Shown in pieces: positions 8,774-19,946 of a DNA stretch of 64,000 bases. Below the pieces are notes generated by a model. It ran no database searches. It was not told the origin of the DNA and was given only the letters and a program-made list of their open reading frames with translations. Origin of the DNA: an uncultured delta proteobacterium (GTDB lineage Bacteria > Myxococcota > Myxococcia > Myxococcales > Myxococcaceae). Each line of letters opens with the position of its first letter. Within the stretch, counting starts at the first letter, position 1. The stretch covers positions 384,001 through 448,000 of the forward strand of contig CAVYSY010000033.1 of the NCBI GenBank assembly GCA_963771175.1, written 5' to 3'. Made by a program: the position numbers and the translations under genes.

Positions 8774-10836
8774 TCGTCATCTCCCCTCGCGGGTGCGTAG
8801 AGGGTCCTGGCCTTCGCCCGAGGCGCCTCGGCGGCTGGCTGCGGTGCGTCGGGAGCAACCGGAGGCGCGGCGACGATGGGCGCACCGGCCGGAGGCGGCT
8901 CGGCGGAGGGCTGGAGCCCGGGCTGCTCCAGTGTGAGTTCCAGGTGCTGCGACAGGCGGATGGTCTGACCGGACTTCACCTGGACGCGCTCGCCCGGGTT
9001 CAGGCGGCGTCCGTCCACGAAGGTGCCGTTGGTGGAGTTCTCGTCCTTGACGAAGACGTTGCCCGCCTTGAAGAGCTGCACGGTCGCGTGGTGTCCGCTG
9101 AGCTGGGGCAAGTCCACGGCGAGGTCCATCTCTCCCGACCGTGCGCCAATGGTGAACGAGGACTTGTGGACCCGGTAGAACGGCTCGAGGCCAGGAGGCC
9201 CCCGGGTCACCATCAGCCGGGTCTCCGGCAGCGTGGCGAAGGGGTCCTTCCACACCACGGGAGCAGCCGGAGGAGGCTCGGGCTGTGCGGGGGGCGGCTC
9301 GGGCGCGGGGGGAGCCGCGGGCTTCGCCTCCTGAACGGGAGCCGGAGCAGGTGTCGAGCGGCTCCGGGACAACAGCACGATGAGCACGACCAACAGGAGC
9401 AGCCCCAGGCCCAGGAGCAACAGCACGAGCAGCCACCAAGGCCACACGCGAGGAGCCTGCACGGAGACGGGTCCCCCCATTCCACCACCGGGCTGCATCG
9501 CCGGCCCGGGAACGCCCGTCCCCGCTCCGGGTTGTGTCGAGGCACCTGCGCTCCCCGCCGGAGGGCCTGGCCGCGAGCCCATCCCAGGACCCGGTCGCGT
9601 CGTGGAGCCGGAGGAGCCCGGCATGGTGCCGGGAGCAGTGGTGGACCCGGAGGTGCTCGGGGAGGTGCCGTGCCCGGTGGGAGATCCGGAGGTACTCGGG
9701 GAGGTGCCGTGCGCGGTGGCTGACCCGGAGGAGCCCGGTGTGGAACCAGAGGGTCGCGACGATCCGGAAGTCGTGCCCTTCGCGCTCCCTGGCTGTGTCG
9801 GGGAGGGCCCGGTGGCGACCGAGGAGGGACAGGCGATGGTCGCCCGGCCCTCGGCGCTCTGCCGGAAGGAGACGGGATCGCTCCAGGCGGTGCGAGCGCG
9901 ACCCGAGAGGGACTCCACGAAGAGCCGGTCCGAGGTCTGCCCGCGCTTCACACCGCAGAAGGCCACGTCCAACCAGTAGATGTGCTCCAGCGAGCGCACC
10001 AGCCCCCCGAGCGCCTGCCGGGCATCCACGTCCTCCACCTGGATGTAGCGGCCACCGGTGCCCGCGGCGAGCTGGGACATCTCGTCGAGTCGCTGGGCGA
10101 TGCCCTTGCCCCTGGTTCCATCACTGAAGACCACCACGTGGAGGCGCACACCCAGCTCGCGTGCATCACCAACGAGCTTCTTCAGGCTGAGCGCGCTCGA
10201 CTCCTCGCCGGCATCGGTGAAGACGATGACCTCGCGCGAGCCACCCTTGGAGAGCGGCTGCTTGCGAGCGGCCTCGCGCATCGCGTCCTGGATGTAGAAC
10301 TTGAGCCGGGTGACGAGCTGGTGCGTTCCGAGCCGCTGGACCTTGTCCAGGCACGCCTCGAGACCGGCGGCGGAGGTCTCCTGACAGTGGGTGGCCTTGC
10401 TCTTCCCGAAGGTCATGACCGCCACGGTGTGGTTCCGTGGACGGGGACCGAGTGCTCCCGCGTAGGCCTTCGCGAGCTCGAAGGCCTGTGGCCAGTGCGA
10501 GGAGAAGGACCCGGACTGGTCGAAGGCGAGGATCGTGTAGCTCCCCTCCCCGGTGTCGGCCAGCCGCTGGAGCGCGGTGACCTGCGCGCCGGCCTGGCCC
10601 ACGGCGACGCGGAAGCGCTCCGGAGAGGCACCGGCCGCCCGCAGCTCCTTCTGGAGGGTGGGGTCGGTGACCTCGAACTGGAGCCGCATCTGCCCGGCGG
10701 ACGCGGGCGGCGTCGCGAGCACGGTGAGACCATTGTCGGCGGCGCTCGCGGGAGCCCCCACGAGGAGCACGGCGAGCAGGCTCGCCATCATGATGGCTGT
10801 GCGATGGATGTGCATCCCCCCTCCAGAGGAGCTCAC
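8770..10836 (-). CDS. vWA domain + Ser/Thr/Gly/Pro stalk + TM + cytoplasmic FHA domain protein
   Basis: Signal peptide; LAFDQSGS (DxSxS) and VFTD; TM WWLLVLLLLGLGLLLLVVLIVLL; FHA motifs IGAR, SGHH, STNGT. Confidence 0.9.
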   Translation of the reverse strand: MSSSGGGMHIHRTAIMMASLLAVLLVGAPASAADNGLTVLATPPASAGQMRLQFEVTDPTLQKELRAAGASPERFRVAVGQAGAQVTALQRLADTGEGSYTILAFDQSGSFSSHWPQAFELAKAYAGALGPRPRNHTVAVMTFGKSKATHCQETSAAGLEACLDKVQRLGTHQLVTRLKFYIQDAMREAARKQPLSKGGSREVIVFTDAGEESSALSLKKLVGDARELGVRLHVVVFSDGTRGKGIAQRLDEMSQLAAGTGGRYIQVEDVDARQALGGLVRSLEHIYWLDVAFCGVKRGQTSDRLFVESLSGRARTAWSDPVSFRQSAEGRATIACPSSVATGPSPTQPGSAKGTTSGSSRPSGSTPGSSGSATAHGTSPSTSGSPTGHGTSPSTSGSTTAPGTMPGSSGSTTRPGPGMGSRPGPPAGSAGASTQPGAGTGVPGPAMQPGGGMGGPVSVQAPRVWPWWLLVLLLLGLGLLLLVVLIVLLSRSRSTPAPAPVQEAKPAAPPAPEPPPAQPEPPPAAPVVWKDPFATLPETRLMVTRGPPGLEPFYRVHKSSFTIGARSGEMDLAVDLPQLSGHHATVQLFKAGNVFVKDENSTNGTFVDGRRLNPGERVQVKSGQTIRLSQHLELTLEQPGLQPSAEPPPAGAPIVAAPPVAPDAPQPAAEAPRAKARTLYAPARGDDE
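9605..9778 (-). repeat. ~4.5 imperfect 39-bp tandem repeats encoding 13-aa units (HGTSPSTSGSPTG-like)
   Basis: Units begin at 9605, 9644, 9683, 9722 and 9761 (ga[gct]ccgga...). Confidence 0.85.
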
Positions 10837-11585
10837 GGGGAACGTCGGGACAGCAGTGACTCGGGCACGATGACGAGCACCAGGGTCATCCCTCCCAGTG
10901 AGAGCACCGCGTGGTTCTGGAGAACGACCTGCTCACCGTGGACGACGGCCCCGTTGACGATGGAGCCGTTGCTGGAGACGTCCATGTACGAGGCGTCCTC
11001 GGCGCGGATGAACAGGAAGGCGTGCTGGCCGCTCACGCGTCCGTCATCGACCACCACGTCGCACTCGGCGTTGCGACCGAGCACGTTGCGCCCGGCGCGC
11101 AGTGGGTGGACGCGCCCGGGGTCGTTGGGGCCGCGGTACTCGAAGAGGGCGCCACGGATGAGGCCCGCGGCCGTCCCCTCGTTGGCGGTCTCCACGATCG
11201 TCCGGGCCTTGGGGCGCGGAGCGGCGGGCGCCGGGGCCGCGGCTGGCGCCGGTGGCATGGCGGCGGGCGCGGGCGCGGCGGCCGGACGGGAGGGCGGAAG
11301 AGATGCGGCGGCGAAGGGGTCGCGAGGATCGAAGGTGGGCCGGGGCGGAGGATTGGCGAAGAAGTCCGCGCTGCGGCGAGGGATGGGCGGAGGAGGCGCC
11401 GCCGCCGGATCCGGCTCGAAGATGGTGTGCCGCTTCTGGTGCGGGTTGGCCGGCTGGGGCGGCGGAGGCGGCGCGGGAGCGCTCTCGGCGACCGTGCCGT
11501 GCTTGGGAGGCGTCAGGTCCAAGCCGCACATGTCGCAATAGGCGGCGCCGACGGCGTTCTCGTTCTGGCAGGAAGGACAGCGCAT
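10833..11585 (-). CDS. Zinc-ribbon + Pro-rich linker + FHA domain protein
   Basis: MRCPSC...YCDMC; FHA motifs LGRN, SGQH, SSNG; its stop overlaps the next gene's start. Confidence 0.9.
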   Translation of the reverse strand: MRCPSCQNENAVGAAYCDMCGLDLTPPKHGTVAESAPAPPPPPQPANPHQKRHTIFEPDPAAAPPPPIPRRSADFFANPPPRPTFDPRDPFAAASLPPSRPAAAPAPAAMPPAPAAAPAPAAPRPKARTIVETANEGTAAGLIRGALFEYRGPNDPGRVHPLRAGRNVLGRNAECDVVVDDGRVSGQHAFLFIRAEDASYMDVSSNGSIVNGAVVHGEQVVLQNHAVLSLGGMTLVLVIVPESLLSRRSP

Positions 11586-12207
11586 GGGGGGCGTGTATCC
11601 GACTCTAGGGCACGCTCTGGAGGAAACTCCAGCCGGACGGGGCTCCCGGAGCCGTACGCACGAGCCCCTCGGGGATTGCAGACCTCCCCTCGACGCGTCC
11701 CGAGGCCGAAGTGCCCGCTCCCGTGGCTCCCGTTCCACAACCGCCGCCTCCATCACCCCCGCCGCCCCCCGAGACCCGCTCCCTGGCATGCGTTCCGCGC
11801 CCGGCACCTTCGTCGCCAGCCATTCCAGAGCATGGCGGACATGCCAGCGAGGAGCAGTGTCCCGCCCAGGGTCAGCGCCAGGAGTGCCCCGAGCTTGCCC
11901 ATCGCCGGAACACCCCCGAAGGACGCCCTTCGAGGGCTCGGTCCTTCGGTCTCAGCCCCGATCGGGCTTCGACCGCCTGGTCTCGCGTAGACGGTCGCCC
12001 GGCGATACTTGTCCCGGGTCAACAACTCATCCCTGGGCGGCCATCGGCACGGGCAGTGTCTAGCTTCAGTGGCGTACCGGCTCGAGTCAGTGACGTAACG
12101 GCTCGTCATCGAGGACACGAGCGTCAGCGCGGTTCTCGAACGATGCCCGGCTGACAAACATAGCGGGGTGCAGGCTGTCGGGCGCCGGCTTGAATGGAGG
12201 CATGAAT

Positions 12208-13271
12208 ATGCTCACCGTCGTCTATGACACAAAACCCTACGACCGGGAGCAACTGCTCGCGGCTGCTCCTCGGGACACACTCCAGTGGCAGTTCTGGGAC
12301 TTCCGGCTCAGCACCGAGACCGCGCGGACTGCGAGCGGGGCGCAGGCCGTCTGCGTCTTCGTGAACGACGTGGTGGACCGGCCGTGCCTGCAAGACGCTC
12401 GGCGGGCTGGGCGTGAAGCTGCTGGCCCTCCGTTGCACGGGGTACAACAACGTCGATCTCCGCGCTGCGCGAGAGGCGGGCATCACCGTCACGCGCGTGC
12501 CCGTCTACTCCCCCTACGCCGTGGCTGAGCACGCCGTGGCCCTGCTGCTGACGCTCAATCGAAAGATCCACCGCGCATTCAACCGCGTGCGCGAACAGAA
12601 CTTCTCGCTGAACGGCCTGGTCGGCACCGACTTGCACGGCAAGACCGCCGGGATCTTCGGCACCGGCAAGATCGGCCGCATCACCGCCCAGATCCTGCGC
12701 GGCTTCGGCATGCGCATCCTGGCCTTTGACGCGTTCCCGGCCTCCGAGTGGGCGCGGCAGATCGGCGTGGAGTACGTCGACGCCCAGCACCCTCGCGCGC
12801 GAGAGCGACGTCATCTCGCTTCACGTGCCGCTGACGCCCGAGACCAGGCACATCATCCGCGGCGAGACCCTGGAGCTGATGAAGCCGGGGGCAATCCTGA
12901 TCAACGTGAGCCGTGGTCGCCTGATCGACACCACCGCGCTGATCGCCGCGTTGAAGGCCGACAAGCTGGGCGGCGTGGCGCTGGACGTCTACGAGGAGGA
13001 GGAAGGCGTCTTCTTCGAGGACCTGTCCGGCCAGGTGCTCCAGGACGATGAGCTGGCGCGGCTGCTGACGTTCCCCAAGGTCCTGGTCACCGCCCACCAG
13101 GCGTTCCTGACCCGGGAGGCGCTGGGTGACATCGCCCGGACGACCGTGGCGAACCTGGAGGCGCTGGCCGCGGGTCGGCCCTTCGTCGACGGTTCCGTGC
13201 TGACCGCGGTCGACGATCCGTGCGACCGCGGTCCCGCTGTCCTGCGAAGCGAAGTCGGGAAGCTCGCCTGA
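12208..13271 (+). CDS. ldhA: D-lactate dehydrogenase (2-hydroxyacid dehydrogenase), frameshifted at ~12400 and ~12790
   Basis: [56 protein letters not shown] spread across three frames. Confidence 0.88.
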
Positions 13272-13286
13272 TTCATCGGAGGCCCC

Positions 13287-14750
13287 ATGTCACTGCCTGA
13301 CCACAAGACCAAGATCGTCGCGACCATCGGGCCGGCTTCCGACTCGCCCGAGATGCTCGAGCGGCTGATCGCCGCCGGGTTGAACGTCGCGCGGCTGAAC
13401 TTCTCGCACGGCGACTTCACGGCGCACGCCGGGACGATCGCCCGCCTCCGGGCGGCCGAGAAGGCCGTGGGGCGGCCGGTCACCATCATGGCCGACCTGC
13501 CCGGACCCAAGATGCGGCTCGGCACGATCGACCCGGAGCCGATCAACCTCGTGGCCAACGACCGCTTCACCCTGACCACCGAGCCGATCACCGGCAACGC
13601 GAAGCGCGTCTCGATGAGCTTCGCGGCGCTGCCGAAGGTGGTCAGACCCGGCGACCGCCTGTTCCTGAACGACGGGCTGGTCCAGCTCGTCGTCGAGCGC
13701 GTCGCCGGCAACGACGTGGAGTGCGTGGTCGCGGTCGGCGGCGAGCTGCGCTCCCGCAAGGGGCTGAACCTCCCGGGGATCGACCTGGGGATCAGCGCCT
13801 TCACCGACCGGGACCGCGCCTGCCTGAGCTTCGCCCTGGAGCACGGCGTCGACGCTGTCAGCCAGTCCTTCGTGGAGACGGCGGCGGACATCGAGGCGGT
13901 GCGCGAGGCGGCCGCCGCGCGCGGGAAGCAGCCCTTCATCATCGCCAAGATCGAGCGTGCCGGCGCCCTCGAGCACTTCGACGAGATCCTGGCCGCCGCC
14001 GACGGAATCATGGTGGCCCGCGGGGACCTGGGCGTCGAGGTGCCGATCGAGGAGATCGCCCTGATCCAGAAGGAGCTGATCGCCCGGGCGAACCTCGCGG
14101 GCAAGCCGGTCATCACCGCCACGCAGATGCTCGAGTCCATGGTGTCCAGCCGCCTCCCGACGCGCGCCGAGGCCACCGACGTGGCCAACGCCATCCTCGA
14201 CGGCACCGACTGCGTCATGCTCTCCGCCGAGTCGGCGATGGGCCGCTATCCCGGTGGAGGCCGTCGCGATGCTGGCGAGCATCGCGGCCGCGACCGAGGC
14301 GAAGCGCCCGGCCAGGCGGCTTGCCGACCAGCGGGCGGACGGCTCCGGCTGGCAAGCCGACGACGGCGGCGGAGGCCATTGCGTCGGTCGTGGAGCACGC
14401 GCTGGAGACCGTCCCGTGCGCGGCGGTGGTGGTGCCGACGCAGGAGCGGGACCACCGCCCGGATGATCTCCCGGTTCAAGCCGGCGGTGTGGGTGGTCGC
14501 GGTGAGCAGCGACCCGGCGGTCTGCCGTGGCCTGGCATTCTCGTATGGGGTGCTGGCCGTCCTGCAGCCGGACGAGCCGGCGGACTGGCGAAGGTTTTCG
14601 GTGGACTGGGTCCGCCAGGAGCAGGTCGCCGGACCGCTGGTCATGCTGGTCTCGGGTCCCTCGAAGAGCGACCCGCAGGCGAACTACCGCCTCGAGTTCA
14701 TCAGTACCGGCGAGCGAGCCCTCGCTCCCGAAGTGGAAGCTCCGCATTGA
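13287..14750 (+). CDS. pyk: Pyruvate kinase, with compensating frameshifts ~14250-14450
   Basis: [57 protein letters not shown]. Confidence 0.95.
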   Translation: MSLPDHKTKIVATIGPASDSPEMLERLIAAGLNVARLNFSHGDFTAHAGTIARLRAAEKAVGRPVTIMADLPGPKMRLGTIDPEPINLVANDRFTLTTEPITGNAKRVSMSFAALPKVVRPGDRLFLNDGLVQLVVERVAGNDVECVVAVGGELRSRKGLNLPGIDLGISAFTDRDRACLSFALEHGVDAVSQSFVETAADIEAVREAAAARGKQPFIIAKIERAGALEHFDEILAAADGIMVARGDLGVEVPIEEIALIQKELIARANLAGKPVITATQMLESMVSSRLPTRAEATDVANAILDGTDCVMLSAESAMGRYPGGGRRDAGEHRGRDRGEAPGQAACRPAGGRLRLASRRRRRRPLRRSWSTRWRPSRARRWWCRRRSGTTARMISRFKPAVWVVAVSSDPAVCRGLAFSYGVLAVLQPDEPADWRRFSVDWVRQEQVAGPLVMLVSGPSKSDPQANYRLEFISTGERALAPEVEAPH

Positions 14751-14874
14751 CAGGGTTCGACCCTCGCGAGCTCGTCCCACTCGTCAACGCAGTGGGCAGT
14801 CCTTAGCTTCATTGCGAACTCTTCGGGGGACACCAGTCATGGCACAACCAGTCGCCAAGCAACGAGAAGAGACG

Positions 14875-15922
14875 ATGCGGGGTGCGATCCTGCCGGGCAA
14901 TCGGACGGTGGAGTTCAGGGAAATCCCCATCCCCCAGCCGCAGCACGGGCAGGTGCTGGTCAAGATAAAGGCCTCGAGCCATCTGCGGCAGCGACATCCG
15001 CGCCATCTATCGGGCTCACATCGGCGAAGGGGCCGAGCGTTACATCCCCGGCATGATCGCCGGACACGAGCCGAGCGGGGAGGTCGCGGCGGTCGGACCG
15101 GGTTGCCAGGCGCTGCGGATCGGCGATCGCGTGTCCGTCTACCACATCAGCGGCTGTGGGGTCTGCGACGACTGCCGCCACGGCTACCAGATCAGTTGCA
15201 CCAACCCGGCGCGGGCCGCGTATGGCTGGCAAAGGCACGGCGGCCATGCGCCGTGGATGCTGGCGGACGAGCGCGACTGCATCCCGCTGCCCGCGAGCCT
15301 GTCCTACGTTGACGGCGCCCTGTGCGCTTGCGGTCGTCGGTACCGCCTGGGAAGCCCTGACGCGGATCGGCGTCACCGGCAGCGATGCGCCTGCTGGTGA
15401 CGGGTCTGGGGCCGGTCGGAATGGGCGTGGCGATGCTGGGCAAGGCGCTGGGAGCAAACAAGGTCATCGGCACGGAAGTGTCGGCGGTGCGGCGAAAGCT
15501 GGCCATGGACCTCGGCCTGGTCGACGAGGCCCTGGAAGCGGACGACAAGGCGCTGGCCCGGATCAAGGACCTCACGCGCGGCCGGGGATGCGAGGCCAGC
15601 GTCGATTGCTCGGGGTCGGCAGCGGGGCGATTGCTGGCCCTGCACGGCACGCGACAGTGGGGGCGATGCGCGTTCGTCGGTGAAGGCGGCAAGGTCGAGT
15701 TCGACGTCTCGCCAGTGCTGATTCATCCGCAGATCACGCTGTACGGGTCCTGGGTGACTTCGCTCAAGCATATGAGCGATCTCTTCGATCGCCTCGACCG
15801 CTGGGGGGTGCACCCGGAGAAGATCGTCACGCACCCGCTTGCCGCTGAGCGAGGCGGCGCGCGGCTACCAGCTGGCCGACCAGGGCGAGGCCGGCAAGGT
15901 GTGCTTCGTCTTCGACATCTGA
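14875..15922 (+). CDS. Zn-dependent medium-chain alcohol/sugar-alcohol dehydrogenase, several frameshifts
   Basis: ICGSD, GHEPSG, structural Zn motif CGVCDDC...C, GLGPVG; ends ...GKVCFVFDI*. Confidence 0.85.
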
Positions 15923-15943
15923 CCTCGAGAGGAGTCACGCCGC

Positions 15944-16921
15944 ATGATGCTGCTCGCCGGAGATGTGGGCGGAACGAAGACCGCGCTCGCCCTGGTGCAA
16001 GGCGGAACCATCGTCGAGCGGCAGGTCTATCCGAGCGCCGCCTTCACGAGCCTCGAAGCGCTGGTGGGCGAGTTCCTGGGCCAACGGGGCAAGGAGATCT
16101 CGCGGGCGTGCTTTGGCATCGCCGGCCCGGTGATCGAGGACAGCTGCCGGACCACCAACCTGCGCTGGGTCGTCGAGGCGAGGAGCCTCGAGCACGCCCT
16201 CGGGGTGCCGCGCGTCACCCTGGTCAACGACTTCCATGCCATGGCCATTGGGATCACCGTGCTGCCCGCGTCCGACTTCGCCGTCCTGAACGACTCGCCG
16301 TCGGATCCCAAGGGTCCGTGGGCGTTGATCGGCGCTGGGACCGGGCTCGGAGAGGCGGTGGTGGTCCGCATCGGGGACGGCTACGAGGTGGTCGCCTCCG
16401 AGGGCGGCCACGCGGACTTCGCGCCGCGCAACGAGCTGGAGATCGACCTGTTGAGGTTCCTGCTGAAGAGGCACAAGCGCGTCTCCTACGAGCGGATCGT
16501 CTCCGGGCGCGGGCTGGTGGCGCTCTACGAGTTCGTGCGTGGCCGCTCGCCCGAGCTGGAGTCCGCCGTGGTGAGCGAGGAGATTGCCGACTCGTCCGGC
16601 GACGCCGCTCCGATCATCTCGCGCCACGGGCTCGCCGGCGACGACCCGCTCTGCGCTCAGGCGCTGTCGCTGTTCGTCTCCATCTACGGCGCGGAAGCGG
16701 GGAATCTCGCGCTCAAGGTCGTGGCGCGCGGCGGGGTCTTCATCGGGGGAGGAATCGCCCCGAAGATCCTGCCCAAGCTGCTCGACGGGACCTTCCGCGC
16801 CTCCTTCGTCGCCAAGGGCCGGCTCAGCCCCCTGCTCGAGGCGACGCCGGTGAAGGTCGTGCTCAACAGCGACGCCGGACTGCTCGGCGCCGCGGCGCTG
16901 GCAGCCCGCCTCTCCCTCTAG
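15944..16921 (+). CDS. glk: Glucokinase
   Basis: AGDVGGTKT, GIAGPV, LVNDF, GAGTGLG, SEGGH, SYERIVSG, GGGIAPKI. Confidence 0.95.
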   Translation: MMLLAGDVGGTKTALALVQGGTIVERQVYPSAAFTSLEALVGEFLGQRGKEISRACFGIAGPVIEDSCRTTNLRWVVEARSLEHALGVPRVTLVNDFHAMAIGITVLPASDFAVLNDSPSDPKGPWALIGAGTGLGEAVVVRIGDGYEVVASEGGHADFAPRNELEIDLLRFLLKRHKRVSYERIVSGRGLVALYEFVRGRSPELESAVVSEEIADSSGDAAPIISRHGLAGDDPLCAQALSLFVSIYGAEAGNLALKVVARGGVFIGGGIAPKILPKLLDGTFRASFVAKGRLSPLLEATPVKVVLNSDAGLLGAAALAARLSL

Positions 16922-16957
16922 CCTGCCAGTAAGCGCCTTTCCTTGGCCGAGGTGAGG

Positions 16958-17005
16958 ACAATGGCCAACATGAACGATGGCTGACATGAACAATGGCTGA
17001 CATGA
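16958..17005 (+). repeat. Three tandem 16-bp direct repeats upstream of pfk
   Basis: acaatggccaacatga / acgatggctgacatga / acaatggctgacatga. Confidence 0.9.
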
Positions 17006-17020
17006 AGGGGAGGCGCGGAC

Positions 17021-18120
17021 ATGCTCGACCCCAAGAAGATCAAGCGAATCGCCATCAACACCGGCGGCGGCGACGCGCCGGGCCTCAACGCCGTCATCCG
17101 CGCGGCCACCCTGGCGGCCATCGAGCGCGGCTGGGAGGTCTACGGCATCCGCCACGGCTACCGCGGCCTCATCGACACCAAGCGAGCTCGTCCCGCTGAC
17201 CCGCGAGTCCGTGCGCGGCATCACGCACCTGGGCGGCACCATCCTGGGCACCGCCAACAAGGGCAACCCCTTCGAGTACCCGATCCAGACGCCGGAGGGC
17301 GTCCAGCTCACCGACATCTCCGACCAGGTGGTCGAGAACTTCCGCGCCAAGCAGCTCGACGCCCTCATCTGCATCGGCGGCGACGGCTCGCTGCGCCTCG
17401 CGCAGAAGTTCATCGCAGAAGGGCATCCCCATCGTCGGCGTGCCGAAGACCATCGACAACGACCTCTCGGGCACGGTGGCGACGTTCGGCTTCGACACCG
17501 CGGTGAGCACCGCGACCGACGCCATCGACAAGCTGCACTCCACCGCCGAGGCGCACGAGCGGGTGATGGTCGTCGAGGTGATGGGCCGCTACGCGGGCTG
17601 GATCGCGCTCGAGCGCGGGCGTCGCCGGGACCGCGGACGTCATCCTCATCCCGGAGATCCCCTTCGACCTCGAGAAGGTCTGCGAGAAGGTCATGCAGCG
17701 CGAGCGCGCCGGCCGCCACTTCTCCATCGTGGTGGTCGCCGAGGGCGCCAAGCCCAAGGGCGGCGAGATGATGATCCGCGGCCCAAGGAGGCCGGCCGCG
17801 AGGTCCTGCTCGGCGGCATCGGCCAGTACGTCGCCGACGAGATCGCGCGCAGGACCGGCAAGGAGACGCGCAACCTGGTGCTCGGGCACCTGCAGCGCGG
17901 CGGCGGCCCCACGACCTTCGATCGCCTGCTCGGCCTGCGCTTCGGCGCCGCGGCGGTGCGCACCCTCGCGGAGGGGAAGGTCAACGTGATGGTCGCGCTC
18001 GACCCTCCGACGGTGAAGACCATCCCGCTCACCGCGGCCATCGAGCGGATGAAGTCCGTGCCGCTCGACAGCGACACCGTGCTCACCGCGCGCGCGTTGG
18101 GAATCTGTCTGGGCGACTGA
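17021..18120 (+). CDS. pfkA: 6-phosphofructokinase, about four frameshifts
   Basis: [43 protein letters not shown]. Confidence 0.92.
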
Positions 18121-18346
18121 ACCCCAGGGAGGGCGTCCCACCAAGCGCGGAATCGTAGAGGCCGTTGCGCTCCTACTATTGGTTACGCGGGGTGTGGCGG
18201 GTGGTGGACACAACCTCGGGCCAAAGGGTGCCGGAGCTTGCACGTACGATCAGCCACGCGCATTGCTCCCTGCGGGGGAGACGCGGACCAACCCGGGCGT
18301 GCTCGCTGACACGCCCACCCTTCTCCGACCACAGGGGGATTCCGGT

Positions 18347-19936
18347 ATGCGCGGTCATGACGGTGCCAGGCAGGCGAAGTCCAGGGAGGGTTCCTCCCTC
18401 TTCCGCGCGGCGCCAGTGCTCTCTGTATTGGCGCTCGGCGGGTGTCCGCGGTGGGTCCCGATTTCAAGAGGCCCGAAGCCACCGTCACCGAGAGCTGGAG
18501 CGCCCAAGGCGATCCGCGGATCGCCACTCAGGCGGCCATCGACAGTCAGTGGTGGAAGGCGTTCAACGATCCGGCACTCGATCGCCTGGTCGAGCTCGCC
18601 TACCAGCAGAACCTGCCGTTGCAGGTCGCCGGCCTGAGAATCGTGGAGGCGCGCGCCCAGTTGGGGGTCGCCACCGGCAGGCAGTATCCCGCAGGTGCAG
18701 GCGGTCTTCGGCAGCGTGACGCGCGGTGGGGCTCAGCAAGAACGCCGCCAACGCTGGCCGGCTTCGACAGCCACTTCGTCGATTATCAGGTGGGGTTCGA
18801 TGCGGTCTGGGAGCTGGATTTCTGGGGCAAGTACCGGCGGGGCGTGGAGGCGGAAGCCGCCAACCTGCTCGCGTCGGTCGCCGACTACTACTCCGCCCTC
18901 GTCTCGCTCACCGCGGAGGTCGCGCGAACCTATGCCGTGATCCGGACCTTCGAGGTGCTCATCGAGCAAGCCCGGGAGAACGACAGAGATTCAGGAGGAG
19001 GGGCTGCAGATCGCCGAGTCTCGTTTCCGCAACGGCGCCACCTCGGAGCTCGACGTGGCCCAGGCCACGACTCTCCTGGAGAGCACCCGGGCGTCCATCC
19101 CCCAGCTGCAAGTCGGGCTGCAGCAGGCTCGCAACGCCTTGAGCACGCTGCTCGGGCAACCGCCGGGCATGCTCGACGAGCTGCTCGCGGGACCCAAGGA
19201 GATTCCGCAGGCGCCGGCAACGTGTCGCCGTCGGCGTGCCCGCGGAGATGCTGCGGCGGCGTCCCGACATCCGCGCGCCGAGCTCTCCGCCGCCGCGCAG
19301 TGCGCCCGCATCGGCGTCGCCAAGGCGGAGCTCTATCCGACGTTCTCACTGTTCGGCACGATCGGGCTTCAGGCCACCAGCGGCGCGCGGCGCTGCCTTC
19401 AGTCTGGAGCGACAGCTTCTTCTATCCGTGGGCCCTCGGATTCGCTGGCCCTTCTTCAACTACGGCCGCATCAAGAACAGCGTGCGCGTCGAGGACGCGC
19501 GCTTTCAGCAGTTGCTCGTCGGCTACCGCAACACCGTGCTCAAGGCGGCCCAGGAGGTGGAGGACGCGCTGGCCGGCTTCCTCAACGCCCAGGAGGCCGT
19601 GGTCTTCGAGGAACGCTCCGTGAAAGCCGCCCAGAGGTCGGTGGAGATCGCCCTCGTGCAATACCGGGAAGGCGCCGTGGACTACCAGCGCGTGCTCGAC
19701 GCGCAGCGCTCGCTCTTGCAGCAGCAGAACAGCCTGGCGCAGACGCGCTCATCGGTCGCCACCAACTTGATCGCCCTCTACAAGGCGCTGGGCGGAGGGT
19801 GGGAGTCGCGCCAGGGCCAGCCCGTCGTGCCGGAACCCACGCAAGACGAGATGAAGAAGCGGACCAACTGGGGCGACATGCTCTCGGAGCCAAGCGCGGC
19901 AGAAACCAAGAAGTCCCCGAGCCCGCGAAGCACTAG
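18347..19936 (+). CDS. NodT/TolC-family outer-membrane efflux lipoprotein, frameshifted
   Basis: Lipobox LALGGC, then VGPDFKRP, WELDFWG, LRRRPDIR, LYKALGGGW. Confidence 0.88.
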
Positions 19937-19946
19937 GGAGTCTACC

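Noticed and set aside
7661..11585. Type VI secretion regulatory locus (Fha/PppA)
   Set aside because: No tss, hcp, vgrG or ppkA genes in the window; the topology and paired receptors do not fit
16958..17005. Possible mini-CRISPR array
   Set aside because: Repeats are 16 bp and contiguous with no spacers; no cas genes in the window
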